Positions 1-10,211 of a stretch of DNA of 64,000 nt are shown piece after piece. The stretch is from Pseudomonadota bacterium (GTDB taxonomy: Bacteria; Pseudomonadota; Gammaproteobacteria; Thiotrichales; Thiotrichaceae). The stretch is from assembly GCA_046051185.1 (NCBI GenBank), contig JBJOOT010000002.1, forward strand, positions 252 to 64,251, read 5' to 3'. Position 1 is the stretch's first letter; each line of letters begins with the position of its first letter. The position numbers and the translations under genes are program-made. The notes under the pieces were generated by a model, which saw only the letters and a list, made by a program, of their open reading frames with translations, was not told the origin of the DNA and did not search any database.

Positions 1-474
1 GATGCTAAAGCATTCCCATAAGACCACACAGGTAATGCGCATCAGTCGATAAATATGCCCTTCGGAATCATCCATGTGATCCCCTAAAGTCGGCATCACG
101 CTAATCATCGCCATACACAGATCAATAGTTTTACTCGGTGGGGTCGTGGCTTGGCGGGCAGATTCCAATAAAGATTCCAGCATATCGGAAAGCTTTTGGG
201 CGCTTTCGAGCTTGATAAAGCCGGTTTGATTCTGATGGCGTGCAATCATGCGCTGTAGGGTTTCGCGATATTTAGCTTCTTCAGGGTCGCTAGTATTCAG
301 GTATTCACCGAAATGGATCAGCAAAGTTTCACGCAGTTCAATATCCCGTAGCGCTGTTTCTAACAGGAAATGCTCCAGATGCTCACGGGAAAGGCGTGGC
401 AGAATCTGTTCGAGCTGGTTGCGACGACTGTATTTAGGTGTGAGTTTGTTATCGTTATTCGTTTCAAGAGTCAT
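1..474 (-). CDS. Hypothetical helical protein, 3' part runs off the window
   Basis: Manual translation from ATG at 474: MTLETNNDNKLTPKYSRRNQLEQILPRLSREHLEHFLLETALRD...GDHMDDSEGHIYRLMR..., open to position 1; absent from the ORF track because no stop lies in the window. Confidence 0.7.
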   Translation of the reverse strand, partial: MTLETNNDNKLTPKYSRRNQLEQILPRLSREHLEHFLLETALRDIELRETLLIHFGEYLNTSDPEEAKYRETLQRMIARHQNQTGFIKLESAQKLSDMLESLLESARQATTPPSKTIDLCMAMISVMPTLGDHMDDSEGHIYRLMRITCVVLWECFSI

Positions 475-570
475 ATAATTTGCGATAGATGAGGGTGTAA
501 ATTCACCATGAGCGGGCTACCTATTCACCCAGTATAAGGATGAATAGGCTGATAGCAGATGAATAGGCGC

Positions 571-1362
571 TTATTCAGTGGGCATTCCTGACATACCCAG
601 AATATTCCAGCCACCATCCACATAAGTGATTTCGCCAGTGATACCAGAGGCTAAATCTGAGCAAAGGAAAGCGGCCGCATTGCCGACTTCTTCGATGGTT
701 ACATTGCGACGTAGGGGCGCATGTTGTTCAAAATGATCCAACATTTTACGGAAACCTGTGATGCCAGAAGCCGCAAGCGTGCGAATTGGCCCTGCAGAAA
801 TGGCATTCACACGAATCCCTGAAGGGCCAAGGTCAGCCGCCATAAAGCGTACACCTGCTTCTAAGCTTGCTTTTGCCATTCCCATGACATTGTAGTTCGG
901 GATAGCTGCAATCGCCCCTAAATAACTTAAGGTCAGCATGGCACTATTGCGCCCTGTCATCAGGGGGCGGGCATATTTGGCCATCGCTAAGAAACTATAC
1001 GCGCTGATGTCATGCGCGATTTGTGAGCCTTCACGGGTGGTATTATCGACAATACTACCTTCAAGTTGCTCTTTAGGGGCAAAGGCAATCGCATGCACTA
1101 AAATATCGAAGCTATCCCAATGTTTGGCTAATTGTTGGAACGTGTTCTCAATTTCGTTGTCAGAACCTACGTCACAGGGTAAAACAATGGAGGAGCCAAA
1201 CTCTTCCGCGAATTTCTCAACCCGAGGTTTTAATTTATCGTTTTGATAAGTGAGCGCTAATTCAGCACCTTCACGATGCATGGCCTGAGCAATGCCATAA
1301 GCGATAGAACGATTACTTGCAATACCAGTGATCAGGGCGCGTTTACCAGTGAGAAAACCCAT
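571..1362 (-). CDS. fabI: Enoyl-ACP reductase FabI
   Basis: [37 protein letters not shown] (YxxxxxxK), [12 protein letters not shown]. Confidence 0.97.
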   Translation of the reverse strand: MGFLTGKRALITGIASNRSIAYGIAQAMHREGAELALTYQNDKLKPRVEKFAEEFGSSIVLPCDVGSDNEIENTFQQLAKHWDSFDILVHAIAFAPKEQLEGSIVDNTTREGSQIAHDISAYSFLAMAKYARPLMTGRNSAMLTLSYLGAIAAIPNYNVMGMAKASLEAGVRFMAADLGPSGIRVNAISAGPIRTLAASGITGFRKMLDHFEQHAPLRRNVTIEEVGNAAAFLCSDLASGITGEITYVDGGWNILGMSGMPTE

Positions 1363-1478
1363 ATTGACTCCTTAAAAACTCGAACACCTTTTAATTCAAG
1401 TCCTTGCAACAGTGATGCATGCGAGCTTGAGTTGGTGTTATGCTTGATTGAATTAATCGCGTCAGTATACAGAAGAAC

Positions 1479-3341
1479 ATGCAAAAAAGATTCATCACCC
1501 GCGACTGGCTACTTTATTCTATCCTGATCATTCTGATCGCTTTACTCCTATTAGTGATGTACCAAGTGGATCGTCAATGGACAAAGTTGGCACAAATGGA
1601 GTCAGCTCTAGCCCTGCAAGCACAGGAAATGCGCAGTTTACGGGCATCAGGAGGCTTAGCACCCGTGGCACAAGCGGCGGCTGCTAATAGCCAAACTACC
1701 GTTGCAACAGGTACTGTGAGTACTGCCTTCCAACGCGCTTTCGCGGCTAGCCAAAAGCCTGATTATGCCCAAGGGGATTGGAGTGTGAATGCCTTAGGTG
1801 GCAATCTCAAAACCCTGACCCCTTTAGTATCGGTGGATGCTGATGCTTCAGATGTACAAAGCTATGTTTTAGAAAGCCTACTCAGTCGAAATCCCGACAC
1901 TTTAGCTTGGGAGGGCTTGATCGCAAAATCTTGGCAAGTCAGTGAAGATGGACTCAGTTTCACTTTTCAAATACGTGATGATGTCACTTTTTCAGATGGT
2001 GTATCTCTAACCGCTAAAGATTTGGTGTTTAGTTTTAACTTCATGATGAATGAAGCCATTGAAGCACCTGCAGAGCGCTCCGTGTATGGGCGCATTGCCT
2101 CGGTGGAGGCTAAAGGTGATCATGAAGTTGTCTTCAAATTCAAAGAGCCTTATTTTGAAGCTTTGTCTTTGGCCGGTGGAATGGCGATTTTACCCGCCCA
2201 TTTTTATGAGCCTTATCTCAAAAAAACACAAGAGTTTAATCAATCCAAAGGCCTTCTGCTTGGTAGTGGGCCTTATCGCTTAGCAGATCCTAAAACGTGG
2301 ACACCTGATCAAGGTCATGTCGAGCTAATCCGCAATGAGCGTTATTGGGGGGATGTTCCACCTTCTTATAACCGTATTTTGTGGAAAGTAATCCAGAATG
2401 AAAGTGCCCGCTTGACCACCTATCGCAATGGTGAGCTGGATGCTTATGGTGCACGCCCCGCTGAATATGGCAAATTGAAAGTTGATGAGCAAATCATGAG
2501 TAAAAGCCAAAACTTTGAATATATGCCGCCTGTGGTGGGATATAACTATATTGCATGGAATCAAATGCGTGACGGTAAATCAACGCGGTTTGCGGATAAG
2601 AGAGTGCGCCAAGCGATGACTTATCTTACGGATGTGCAGCGAATTATTAAAGATGTGCAATTAAATTATGCAGAGCCTGCGGTTAGTCCCTTTAGTCCAC
2701 GGAGTAAGCAACATGATCCTAGTTTGCAGCCTTGGGCGTTTAATTTAGAAAAAGCCCAAGCCTTACTCAAAGAAGCGGGTTATACCGACAAAAATGGGGA
2801 TGGTGTCTTAGACGATGCAGAAGGTAAGCCCTTCCAATTTAAATTAACTTATTTTGAGTCTAATCAAGATACAACGCGGATGGTGCTCTTGCTGAAGGAT
2901 ATTTATGCCCGTGCAGGGATTAAGCTTGAGCCTTTTCCACAAGAATGGCCGATTATGCAAGAGGCTTTAGAAAAGCGTAATTTCGATGCGATTACTTTAG
3001 GTTGGACGAGTGGGATTGAGACCGATATTTTCCAAATGTTTCATAGCTCGCAAATCAAAGATAATGGGGATAATTTTATTGCTTATATTAATCCCGAACT
3101 CGATAAGCTGATTGATGAAGCGCGGCGTACCGTCGATGAAAATAAGCGGATGTCTTTATGGCAACAAGCCGAACGACTGATGTATGACGATCAGCCTTAT
3201 ACTTTTTTAATGCGGCGGCAGTCTTTATTGTTTGTAGATAAGCGTATTCAAAATCTACAAATGACTAAGCTTGGTCTGAATCGGGGCTTTTTACCCATGG
3301 AAAATTATGTACCTGCTCACCAGCAAAAATATCAGCAATAA
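1479..3341 (+). CDS. Peptide/nickel ABC transporter substrate-binding protein (family 5), N-terminal membrane anchor
   Basis: LLSRNPDTLAWEGLIAKSWQVSEDGLSFTFQIRDDVTFSDG, GSGPY, DKRVRQAM; heads an opp/dpp-like operon. Confidence 0.9.
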   Translation: MQKRFITRDWLLYSILIILIALLLLVMYQVDRQWTKLAQMESALALQAQEMRSLRASGGLAPVAQAAAANSQTTVATGTVSTAFQRAFAASQKPDYAQGDWSVNALGGNLKTLTPLVSVDADASDVQSYVLESLLSRNPDTLAWEGLIAKSWQVSEDGLSFTFQIRDDVTFSDGVSLTAKDLVFSFNFMMNEAIEAPAERSVYGRIASVEAKGDHEVVFKFKEPYFEALSLAGGMAILPAHFYEPYLKKTQEFNQSKGLLLGSGPYRLADPKTWTPDQGHVELIRNERYWGDVPPSYNRILWKVIQNESARLTTYRNGELDAYGARPAEYGKLKVDEQIMSKSQNFEYMPPVVGYNYIAWNQMRDGKSTRFADKRVRQAMTYLTDVQRIIKDVQLNYAEPAVSPFSPRSKQHDPSLQPWAFNLEKAQALLKEAGYTDKNGDGVLDDAEGKPFQFKLTYFESNQDTTRMVLLLKDIYARAGIKLEPFPQEWPIMQEALEKRNFDAITLGWTSGIETDIFQMFHSSQIKDNGDNFIAYINPELDKLIDEARRTVDENKRMSLWQQAERLMYDDQPYTFLMRRQSLLFVDKRIQNLQMTKLGLNRGFLPMENYVPAHQQKYQQ

Positions 3342-3354
3342 CAGGAGTGTTTAA

Positions 3355-4731
3355 ATGCTGTCGTATTTGCTGCGTCGCTTATTGCTGATGATTCCTACTT
3401 TGCTTGGGATTACCATCGTGGTGTTTTCAGTTATGGCATTGTCACCGGGGGGGATTAGTGCGCAGAATTTAACCGATGACAATATGAAGCCTGAGGAGCG
3501 TAAAGCACTTTTGGACTATTATAATAAGCGCTATGGCTTAGATCAGCCTGCACCGGTGCAGTATTTACGTTGGTTGAATAATGTTTCACCGATTGGTTTG
3601 GTTCAAGATACCAACGGCAAATATACCCACTTCTCTTTTACTAAAGGCATGGATCTCGGTGATAGTTTTCATTATGGCCGCCCCGTGAGTGAAATTTTGG
3701 GTGAGCGTATTCCTATTACCTTATTGCTGAATATCATCACAATTCCAATTATTTATATCGTGGCTATTGCGATTGGCGTGAAGTCCGCGACTGATCGTGG
3801 CAGTGGTTTTGATGTGAGTTCCAGTTTGGTGATGCTGGCATTATGGTCAATTCCAACCATGCTATTGGGGGTATTACTGCTGGGCTTTTTTGCCAGTGTA
3901 CAGCATTGGCAATGGTTTCCAACGGCTGGGATTGGCAGCCGAGCGGCGCAAGATATGCCTTTTATGCCGCATTGGGGATCGCTTTGGGATGTCGGTAAAG
4001 TCTTTTTGGGGATGCTGCTGGGAACTTCATTATTAGTTTGGCTCAGTCGTTGGCCGGAGCGTCAATGGCGAGCCTTCCTAGCTGGTATCTTTGGTCTAGT
4101 CGCGGGTGTCTGGATGGCACAAGCGCATGCGGATTTTTCGCTGTTTGCCTGGGTCGTTTTACCGCTTTTAGGTATGATCATCGTTGCAGGTCTTGGTTGG
4201 TTGGATTACCCCCCCTTTCGAGTCGTCGGTTTAGGCCTATTGGGAGCAAGTTTGGGTATTTTATTTGCTTTCCAATTTATCCATGATGGTTTTGTACGTG
4301 GCTTTTTATTTGATCGCATTTGGCATTTAGTACTACCCATTTTATGTTTATCACTGGGTGCTTCTGCCGCTTTAGCCAAAATTATTCGTACTTCACTCTT
4401 GGAAAATCTCAATGCTGATTATGCACGCACGGCGCGGGCGAAGGGTTTAGATGAAGATACGGTACTTTGGAGACATGTGTTTCGTAATAGTTTATTACCC
4501 CTGATTACTATCATTGCAGGTTTATTACCCAGTTTATTAGCAGGCTCTTTAATTGTTGAGAATATTTTTAGTATTAATGGCATGGGGCAACTTGCGATTG
4601 AAGCGGTGAAAAGCCGTGATCGTGAATTGGTTTTATCGATTACTTGGATTAGTGGTTTCTTAACTTTGATCGGTTATTTAATTGCTGATTTTCTTTATAC
4701 TTTAGTTGATCCGCGCGTGACGTATGACTAA
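3355..4731 (+). CDS. Peptide ABC transporter permease (OppB/DppB type) with internal hydrophobic insertion
   Basis: YLLRRLLLMIPTLLGI, YARTARAKGL (EAA-like loop), HVFRNSLLP, DPRV C-terminus. Confidence 0.9.
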   Translation: MLSYLLRRLLLMIPTLLGITIVVFSVMALSPGGISAQNLTDDNMKPEERKALLDYYNKRYGLDQPAPVQYLRWLNNVSPIGLVQDTNGKYTHFSFTKGMDLGDSFHYGRPVSEILGERIPITLLLNIITIPIIYIVAIAIGVKSATDRGSGFDVSSSLVMLALWSIPTMLLGVLLLGFFASVQHWQWFPTAGIGSRAAQDMPFMPHWGSLWDVGKVFLGMLLGTSLLVWLSRWPERQWRAFLAGIFGLVAGVWMAQAHADFSLFAWVVLPLLGMIIVAGLGWLDYPPFRVVGLGLLGASLGILFAFQFIHDGFVRGFLFDRIWHLVLPILCLSLGASAALAKIIRTSLLENLNADYARTARAKGLDEDTVLWRHVFRNSLLPLITIIAGLLPSLLAGSLIVENIFSINGMGQLAIEAVKSRDRELVLSITWISGFLTLIGYLIADFLYTLVDPRVTYD

Positions 4732-5920
4732 GCAAATTATTAGCCAAGAAACTCTGTCACGGCGCTTATTGCGCAAAACTTTAGCTGGCCCTGGTGTGAA
4801 ATTTGCCCTTTTTTGGATTGGCACTTTAATCATTTGTGCAGTTTTTGCCCCCTTTTTAGCAAATAGTATGCCTTTGATAATGAGCAAAGCGGGGCAGATT
4901 TCTTTCCCTGTGCTGACCTATTTAAGCACCGAGGATTTAGCCGTATTAGCCGCTTTTTTCACAATTTTGCTGCTATGGTGGCTCCCCCTGAAATTAAAGT
5001 TTAGGGTGAATTTAGCCTTATTGGCGGCTGTACTTGCAGGGGTAGTGGTTTTGGCTAATGTCTATTTAAAGCCACCACAATTAGTTATTTACGACGATTT
5101 TCGTAGTGCGAATTATACCGAAGTAGATTGGCGAATCATGCCACCGATTCCTTATGCACCACAGGATTATTTACGTGATTATGGTGATACCGGTTTAGAG
5201 CCACCTTTAGCTAATAAAGCTGCCGACGATAAGCGTCTACATTTAATGGGTACTGAAGAGAATGGCGCGGATGTTTTAAGCCGAATGATTCATGCTTCCC
5301 GCATTGCCTTAAGTATTGGGATTGTAGCGACCAGTATTTCGATGCTCCTTGGGATTATTATCGGTGGTTTTATGGGCTATTTCTCCGGCGTGGTCGATAT
5401 GATCGGTATGCGCTTGGTGGAGATTTTTGAAGCGATTCCGACATTATTTCTCTTACTGACCTTCGTCGCCTTCTTTGGGCGTAGCCTGTATATGATGATG
5501 ATCATTATTGGTGTCACCAGTTGGTCAGGTTATGCGCGTTATATTCGTGCAGAATTTTTGAAATTACGCCGCCAAGATTATGTGCAAGCAGCGGTAGCAG
5601 CAGGCTTGCCGTTACCTTCCATTTTATTCCGTCACATGCTGCCTAATGGAGTCGCGCCTCTGTTGGTAGCAGCAAGTTTTGGAGTGGCTTCCGCGATTTT
5701 GGCAGAAGCGACTTTAAGTTTCCTCGGTTTAGGTTTGGTCGAAGAGCCATCATGGGGGCAAATGCTGGATCAATCAGTCACCTCTGCGAGTTTCAATTGG
5801 TGGATGGCGGTTTTCCCAGGGGGCGCGATTTTCTTAACTGTATTTGCTTATACCTTGATCGGTGAAGCCTTCCGTGATGCGATTGATCCGAATCTTTCGC
5901 GTGAAGCTGGGGTGCAATAA
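4724..5920 (+). CDS. Peptide ABC transporter permease (OppC/DppC type)
   Basis: HLMGTEENGADVLSRMI, YVQAAVAAG, ILAEATLSFLGLG, GEAFRDAIDP. Confidence 0.9.
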   Translation: MTKQIISQETLSRRLLRKTLAGPGVKFALFWIGTLIICAVFAPFLANSMPLIMSKAGQISFPVLTYLSTEDLAVLAAFFTILLLWWLPLKLKFRVNLALLAAVLAGVVVLANVYLKPPQLVIYDDFRSANYTEVDWRIMPPIPYAPQDYLRDYGDTGLEPPLANKAADDKRLHLMGTEENGADVLSRMIHASRIALSIGIVATSISMLLGIIIGGFMGYFSGVVDMIGMRLVEIFEAIPTLFLLLTFVAFFGRSLYMMMIIIGVTSWSGYARYIRAEFLKLRRQDYVQAAVAAGLPLPSILFRHMLPNGVAPLLVAASFGVASAILAEATLSFLGLGLVEEPSWGQMLDQSVTSASFNWWMAVFPGGAIFLTVFAYTLIGEAFRDAIDPNLSREAGVQ

Positions 5921-7569
5921 TGTCAGCGCCTTTATTAGTGGTCAGTAATCTTTGTACCTATCTACAAAATGGTACTGAGCTGGTTAAAGCCGTCGATGGG
6001 GTGAGTTTTACGATTAATAAAGGAGAAACTTTCTGTTTAGTCGGTGAGTCTGGCAGTGGGAAGTCGATTACTGCGTTATCCGTGATTCGTTTGCTGCCTT
6101 ATGGGATTGCTTCGCATCCTAGTGGCAAGATTCTGTTGAATAATCAAGACTTGCTCCTAGTGGATGAGTCTGAGCTACGGACGATTCGGGGTTCAAAAAT
6201 CGCTATGATCTTTCAAGAACCCATGACTTCGCTCAATCCGGTCTTCACGATTGGTGATCAGATCATAGAGGCTTTGCAGCTACATCATCCTGAAATGACT
6301 GCAGAAGAAGCGCAAGAGCGTGCTATTCAAGCGCTTGAGCAAGTACAAATCCCGAATAGCCGGGCGCGAATGAATGATTTTCCGCACCAATTATCCGGTG
6401 GGCAGCGTCAGCGGGTCATGATTGCGATGGCATTAGCGTGTGAACCGGAGCTTTTGATTGCAGATGAACCCACCACGGCTTTAGATGTAACGGTGCAGGC
6501 GGAGATTTTGCGCCTTATGCATCATCTGCAAACAACGACGGGCATGAGTATATTGTTTATTACCCATGATTTTGGAGTTGTTGCGCAAATGGCGCATCAA
6601 GTCGGTGTTATGCAGCGTGGTAAAATGGTTGAAGTAGGGTTGGTCGAGCAGGTTTTAAATCGCCCTCAGCATCCTTATACCCATCAGCTGCTTGCGGCAG
6701 TACCGGAAAATTTAGCCCGTCACAAAAACCCCGCTCTCACTAAACCCTTATCTGAGCAGCATTTGATTGCTGAACCCTTGCTGCAATTGCGCCATGTTAA
6801 TGTATGGTTTCCCATTAAAAAGGGGGTTTTTAGACAAGTTGTTGACTACAATAAAGCCGTCGATGATGTCAGCCTTGATATTGCCAAAGGCCAGATTGTG
6901 GCTTTGGTAGGGGAGTCGGGTTGTGGGAAGACAAGTTTAGGGCGTGCAATCTTGCAATTGGAACAGCCCAGTTCGGGTAGTATCAAAATGCAGGGAAGCG
7001 AATTAGTGGGGCTGTCCGCTAGTGAAATGCGTCCTTGGCGCTCGAAAATGCAAATGGTCTTTCAAGATCCCCAATCTTCGTTAAATCCACGGCTTTTAAT
7101 CGAGACAACCCTGACCGAGCCTATGAAAGTTCATGGGATTGGTGCAAACCAAGAAGAGCGCTTAGAGTTGGCGGCTAAAACTTTAGAGCGTATGCAATTA
7201 AAACGCGAATACTTATGGCGTTATCCGCATGAGTTTTCTGGTGGTCAGCGCCAACGTATTGGCTTAGCGCGAGCGTTAGTTTTGAATCCAGCATTCATTG
7301 TTTGCGATGAAATCACCAGTGCTTTGGATGTATCCGTACAGGCGGAAATTTTAAAATTATTATTAGAATTACGTGCCGAGCGAGATTTAACCCTGTTATT
7401 TATTACGCATAATATTGGTGTGGTTGAATATTTAAGTGATCAAACCGTGGTGATGTATAAAGGGCGGATTGTTGAATTAGGCCCCACTGCGGCAGTTTGT
7501 GGTTCACCGCAGCAGGATTATACGAAGAAATTATTAGCCGCTGTACCACGCTTGCATTTGGAATCGTAG
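5920..7569 (+). CDS. Peptide ABC transporter ATP-binding protein, fused double ATPase (YejF-like)
   Basis: Two Walker A motifs (GESGSGKS, GESGCGKT), two [LF]SGGQRQR signatures, ADEPTTALD and CDEITSALD. Confidence 0.93.
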   Translation: MSAPLLVVSNLCTYLQNGTELVKAVDGVSFTINKGETFCLVGESGSGKSITALSVIRLLPYGIASHPSGKILLNNQDLLLVDESELRTIRGSKIAMIFQEPMTSLNPVFTIGDQIIEALQLHHPEMTAEEAQERAIQALEQVQIPNSRARMNDFPHQLSGGQRQRVMIAMALACEPELLIADEPTTALDVTVQAEILRLMHHLQTTTGMSILFITHDFGVVAQMAHQVGVMQRGKMVEVGLVEQVLNRPQHPYTHQLLAAVPENLARHKNPALTKPLSEQHLIAEPLLQLRHVNVWFPIKKGVFRQVVDYNKAVDDVSLDIAKGQIVALVGESGCGKTSLGRAILQLEQPSSGSIKMQGSELVGLSASEMRPWRSKMQMVFQDPQSSLNPRLLIETTLTEPMKVHGIGANQEERLELAAKTLERMQLKREYLWRYPHEFSGGQRQRIGLARALVLNPAFIVCDEITSALDVSVQAEILKLLLELRAERDLTLLFITHNIGVVEYLSDQTVVMYKGRIVELGPTAAVCGSPQQDYTKKLLAAVPRLHLES

Positions 7570-7738
7570 TGTTGTTCTACAATCCTGAGTTTGGGTATTA
7601 GGGGTTATGTGTTCATTTTTATTCATCAGAAGATGAGCACGCAATGAATCTCTTCCTGCGTTCCTGCATGGATGAGCGGGTATTGCGGATCACGCTGTAG
7701 TAAGATGGCGCTATTCGTTAATTTCAAGTGGAACGGCC

Positions 7739-8569
7739 ATGCAAAATCTTGTTTTAAGAATGCAGCGACCTACTCGATTCACTCGACCTGCTCAATGGCG
7801 AGTTGGGTTTGCTGTTTCAATCTTTAGTTGGGCAATCTTTAGCTCGTCCGCTTGGAGTGCAACGCCATATAGTGGTAGTGGAGTACCTTGGTCATCGGGT
7901 TTTAGCCCTTGGAGTATGGGGAGCACTCCTTGGTCATCGGGTTTTAGCCCTTGGAGTATGGGGAGTAACCCTTGGTCATCGGGTTTTAGCCCTTGGAGTA
8001 TGGGGAGTAACCCTTGGTCATCAGGTTTTAGCCCTTGGAGTATGGGAGCTAGTCCGTGGGGAGGGAATGGATGGAATTCGTCAATTTGGCCGTGGAGTGG
8101 GGCTAGTTGGGGAAATAATTCATGGGGTAATCCGTCATGGATACCGTGGTCGAATCATACGAATGGATTTGGACGGCGTAATAATAATGACTGGGTGACG
8201 GGTATGTTGCTAATGAATACGCTGAATAATCAAGCCCCCTTCGGCACAGCTTGGCTACCGATTTATCCTATGCAAGGTTCGACTTATCAGAACCTTTCTA
8301 CACAGCAGCCCCAAACTTTATTTTATCCACAGCCACCCATGATAAATCAAGCAATCCCAAGACCTAATACAACAAACGAACAAATGATGCAGCCTGCTAC
8401 GGTTGGGTTTCCAGCCACTGATTCTAGTTTTAGCCCATTTATTGAGCCAAGTCATTCAAATCCATCCCCGACGAGCTTGCCTATACTGCCTAGTTCAGTC
8501 GATGCCTCTAGCCCTGATCCTAAGCCACAGGCTAAAACTTGGGTATTTCCAGATGGGAGTCGTTATTAA
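7739..8569 (+). CDS. Secreted Trp/Ser/Gly/Pro repeat protein, sulfur-globule-protein-like; start uncertain
   Basis: Hydrophobic segment ending SSAWSA, then (PWSSGFSPWSMGSN/T)x4, a W/G/N-rich block and a P/Q/S-rich tail. Confidence 0.6.
   Translation: MQNLVLRMQRPTRFTRPAQWRVGFAVSIFSWAIFSSSAWSATPYSGSGVPWSSGFSPWSMGSTPWSSGFSPWSMGSNPWSSGFSPWSMGSNPWSSGFSPWSMGASPWGGNGWNSSIWPWSGASWGNNSWGNPSWIPWSNHTNGFGRRNNNDWVTGMLLMNTLNNQAPFGTAWLPIYPMQGSTYQNLSTQQPQTLFYPQPPMINQAIPRPNTTNEQMMQPATVGFPATDSSFSPFIEPSHSNPSPTSLPILPSSVDASSPDPKPQAKTWVFPDGSRY
7886..8047 (+). repeat. 42-bp coding tandem repeat, about 4 copies
   Basis: Unit ccttggtcatcgggttttagcccttggagtatggggagyamy starting at 7886, 7928, 7970 and 8012. Confidence 0.95.
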
Positions 8570-8579
8570 TTATTGATCA

Positions 8580-9563
8580 CTAGTTATTGATCACTTCGCT
8601 TTCCCAAAGATAGCGATTGACAGCGAGCCAAGCACCCACTAAGCCTAAAATTGAGCTAAGCATTAATACTTGTAGCGTAGTTGTTAAATCAATCCCGCCG
8701 ATATTGAAACTATTGCCATATAAAGACGATAGTTTATTAACTGGCCCCACTAAGAAAAGTAGTGCGATATTAACCACTAATAAACTCAATACACCACCAA
8801 ATAAGCCTAACCACAAACCACCATATAAAAATGGACGGCGAATATAACGATTAGTCGCTCCAATCAATCGAGTGACGAGAATTTCATCTTTACGATTCTC
8901 AATATCAAGGCGAATTGTATTACCGACCACAAGTAATACAGTGCAAGCTAAGAGTGCGGCCACGACAGCAACAATACGTTCGGCTATCTGTAGAATTGCC
9001 CGTAAACGTTGAATCCATTCAATATCGATTTGCACATCTTCGACTTCCTTATAAGTCTTGATACGCTTAGTAAACTCTTCCAAATCGGCATCAGATTCAC
9101 CGAGATCATTCAGTTTAGGGGTAATGATCACAATATTGGGCAAAGGGTTATCCCCTAAAGTTTTTAAAGTATCTGCAAGGCCAGAAATCTTTTTAAAATC
9201 TTGTAAAGCCTGATCACGGGTTACGACGGTTGTGCTCAATACTTCTGGCTGGGTTTTAACTAATTCAGCTAAATCATTTGCTTGCTGTTCGGTGATTTTA
9301 GGTTTTAAAAATAAAGAAATCGTCGGTACAGATTGATTATTATGGGTCAAGCTTTGTAGGTTCTTAACCAAAACATGCATACTCGTCGGTAAAGATAAAG
9401 CTAATGCAATAGCGATTAAGGTGATCCACGCAGAAATAGGATTAAACCATAAGCGCTTTAAGCTGAAATCAATCGCCTGTTTTTGCTGCCGCCACCAAAT
9501 ATTATATAACCTAGTACGATCAGCACTGGGTTGGGATTTGACTAGTGGTTTTTTTGCGGTCAT
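8580..9563 (-). CDS. ftsX: Cell division permease-like protein FtsX
   Basis: NPLP motif, GNTIRLDIENRKDEI, LIGATNRYIRRPFLYGG; follows ftsE. Confidence 0.95.
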   Translation of the reverse strand: MTAKKPLVKSQPSADRTRLYNIWWRQQKQAIDFSLKRLWFNPISAWITLIAIALALSLPTSMHVLVKNLQSLTHNNQSVPTISLFLKPKITEQQANDLAELVKTQPEVLSTTVVTRDQALQDFKKISGLADTLKTLGDNPLPNIVIITPKLNDLGESDADLEEFTKRIKTYKEVEDVQIDIEWIQRLRAILQIAERIVAVVAALLACTVLLVVGNTIRLDIENRKDEILVTRLIGATNRYIRRPFLYGGLWLGLFGGVLSLLVVNIALLFLVGPVNKLSSLYGNSFNIGGIDLTTTLQVLMLSSILGLVGAWLAVNRYLWESEVINN

Positions 9564-10211
9564 TTAAGACTCCACACGCTGTAAGACAACCGTGCGTTTT
9601 TTCATACGCTCAACCAAGCCATGATCGTGGCTAGCAATCAGTACAGTTGCTCCAAGATCATTGAATTGTGCAAAGGTATACATAATATCTTGTGCTAATT
9701 CAGGGTCTAAATTTCCGGTAGGCTCATCCGCTAGAATAATGGTCGGGCGGTTGACGAATGCGCGGGCTATGCCTACTCGTTGACGTTCACCTGCCGATAA
9801 CATCAGCGGAAAACTTTTAATTTTTTTTCCTAAACCCACTTTATCCAAAGCAGCATTGACACGTCGCTTAATATCCGAGGGGTGCATCCCTGAAATTAAT
9901 AAAGGTAGTGCTACATTGTCAAAGATATTGCGGTCATAAAGTAAATGTGGATCTTGGAAGATAAAGCCAATTTTACGGCGATAAGAGGGGATTTGACGTT
10001 GGTTGAGATGGGTTAGTGGCATATTCCCCACTAAAACATCCCCTTTACTGGGGGTTTCGAGTAAGGCAATTAATTTAAGGAGCGTACTTTTACCTGCCCC
10101 TGAATTACCAGTAATAAAGAGCATTTCGCCTGCGCGAATCGTGAGATTGACATTGTACAGCGCTAATTGCCCCGTCGGGTAGCGCTTATAGACCTGCCGA
10201 AATTCAATCAT
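9564..10211 (-). CDS. ftsE: Cell division ATP-binding protein FtsE
   Basis: GNSGAGKST, LSAGERQRVGIARA, ADEPTGNLD; ftsY-ftsE-ftsX order. Confidence 0.95.
   Translation of the reverse strand: MIEFRQVYKRYPTGQLALYNVNLTIRAGEMLFITGNSGAGKSTLLKLIALLETPSKGDVLVGNMPLTHLNQRQIPSYRRKIGFIFQDPHLLYDRNIFDNVALPLLISGMHPSDIKRRVNAALDKVGLGKKIKSFPLMLSAGERQRVGIARAFVNRPTIILADEPTGNLDPELAQDIMYTFAQFNDLGATVLIASHDHGLVERMKKRTVVLQRVES

Noticed and set aside
248-478. 76-aa plus-strand ORF
   Set aside because: Antisense shadow of the longer minus-strand ORF 1-474.
7886-8047. 42-bp repeats as a CRISPR array
   Set aside because: Head-to-tail units with no unique spacers, length a multiple of 3 in frame with an ORF, and no cas genes.
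7803-8198. Alternative-frame ORF with LGHRVLALGVWG repeats
   Set aside because: Shadow frame of the same repeat with a TTG start; the 7739 frame is longer and has a signal peptide.
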